From assembly GCF_018977255.1 (NCBI RefSeq), contig NW_024704743.1, forward strand, positions 15,502,001 to 15,566,000: 64,000 nucleotides of DNA. Direction: 5' to 3'. The DNA is from Callorhinchus milii. Lineage: Eukaryota. The notes under the pieces are model-generated. The model saw only the letters and a program-made list of their open reading frames with translations. It was not told where the DNA came from and made no database searches. This document shows positions 63,031 to 64,000 of the stretch, one piece after another; position 1 is the first letter of the stretch; each line of letters opens with the position of its first letter. Both the position numbers and the translations under genes were made by a program.

Positions 63031-64000
63031 GGGGTAAAGCTTACATTAGATACATTAACGTAACACATACCTCCACTTGTGAGAAAGTTGAAAATGTTAC
63101 TTTCTGCTAAAATCACTTCTCTCACGTGACCATTTATGTCACGTGAGAAAATTGATTTCAAACCCTTGTTTGAAATCAACACTTGTTGGGTGGAATGTCC
63201 TGTTTCTATGCTGTAATATCTTATGATCAGTTACAGTTGCCCTTTGAGAGCTGGAACCTGGACTAACTTACACTTTGGCTTATGAATGAATATCTTTTAA
63301 GTAGATGTATGACACCCAATTATTTTGAACAGTGCAGATGAGGTATCTTTAGAGCGGAAATAACTCTGACATTTTTTGTCTTTTCAGTTAGTTAGTCGGC
63401 ACACATTATTCGGCTTATGCTATATTTTTGGTCAGTTTTCATCCTTTTCTAAAGGCATTGGTTCTTTCTGGAGTCTGCTTCCACTGGTACCATCAGAAAT
63501 GTGTGCAAGTAGCCATTCTTCAAGTGAGCCTGGACTGTGAGTGTCAGGAGGCTATTCTGTTTCCAATCAGTTTTTATTTTCATTAAACGGGTTGTTGAGG
63601 CTAGGATTATCCTCCGATTCTTCAAAGTAGTTTCTGATTTTGGACTTTTTGTACAATTTTATGGAATGTCTATCCTTATCTTTGTTTTGAGCACAGAATG
63701 CATCTCTCACACAGTGTGATTCTTAACGTCTGACTGTGATCTTCCGATCTCTTGTTCACCTTGAAAAGGAAGATGATTTTGATTGTCCATCATCAAATAG
63801 TCCCTCTCATTGGATTCCCTCTAAAATTCAAATGTTTAGCGTTCTCTGTATTAATCTGGTGCTCACTGTCTGAGCTCATGCAGGAATAATCTCACTCTGC
63901 TGAACGCTCTTCAGCCTTTTTGATCTCAACCTTACAGAATACCCAAACTACCGTCTGCCCCTCACAGCATCAAGCTGTTTACTTAAATTAAAAAAAACTA

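Larger units (their letters stand above)
39553..64000 (+). other. gli3: GLI3 intron downstream of the exon (human intron 3 equivalent), partial
   Basis: Starts with gtaagt; I found no sequence encoding the next exon (PPHLFPAFHPPVPID...). Confidence 0.75.

Noticed and set aside
1..64000. Canonical GLI site GACCACCCA (autoregulation)
   Set aside because: I saw no exact match on either strand by eye; a motif scan would be needed to exclude it.

Overview
Vertebrate nuclear DNA. The repeat content (Deu-domain SINEs, shark-type Penelope and CR1 ends, and a tRNA-headed SINE with an (ATT)n tail) points to a cartilaginous fish, possibly a chimaera; this is an inference. The window appears to lie entirely inside the GLI3 gene (+ strand). 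Its only recognisable host coding sequence is one 246-nt internal exon (39307-39552), orthologous to human GLI3 exon 3, with about 39 kb of upstream intron and about 24 kb of downstream intron. The introns contain many tRNA(Ala-like)-headed SINEs in long and short subfamilies, older Deu-domain SINEs, L2 and CR1 fragments, a nested Penelope-like element carrying a decayed hammerhead ribozyme, and decayed DIRS-like relics. Several repeat-free blocks rich in homeodomain sites are candidate GLI3 intronic enhancers. The most notable observations are a near-perfect inverted SINE pair 370 nt upstream of the exon, the hammerhead fossil, an L2 insertion flanked by a 96-bp direct duplication, and an ~860-bp cargo-plus-SINE-tail insertion. 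Apart from the exon and retroelement remnants, the ORF-track entries have no recognisable homology and look spurious. I found no evidence for a new protein-coding system. All alignments were done by eye and repeat boundaries are approximate.
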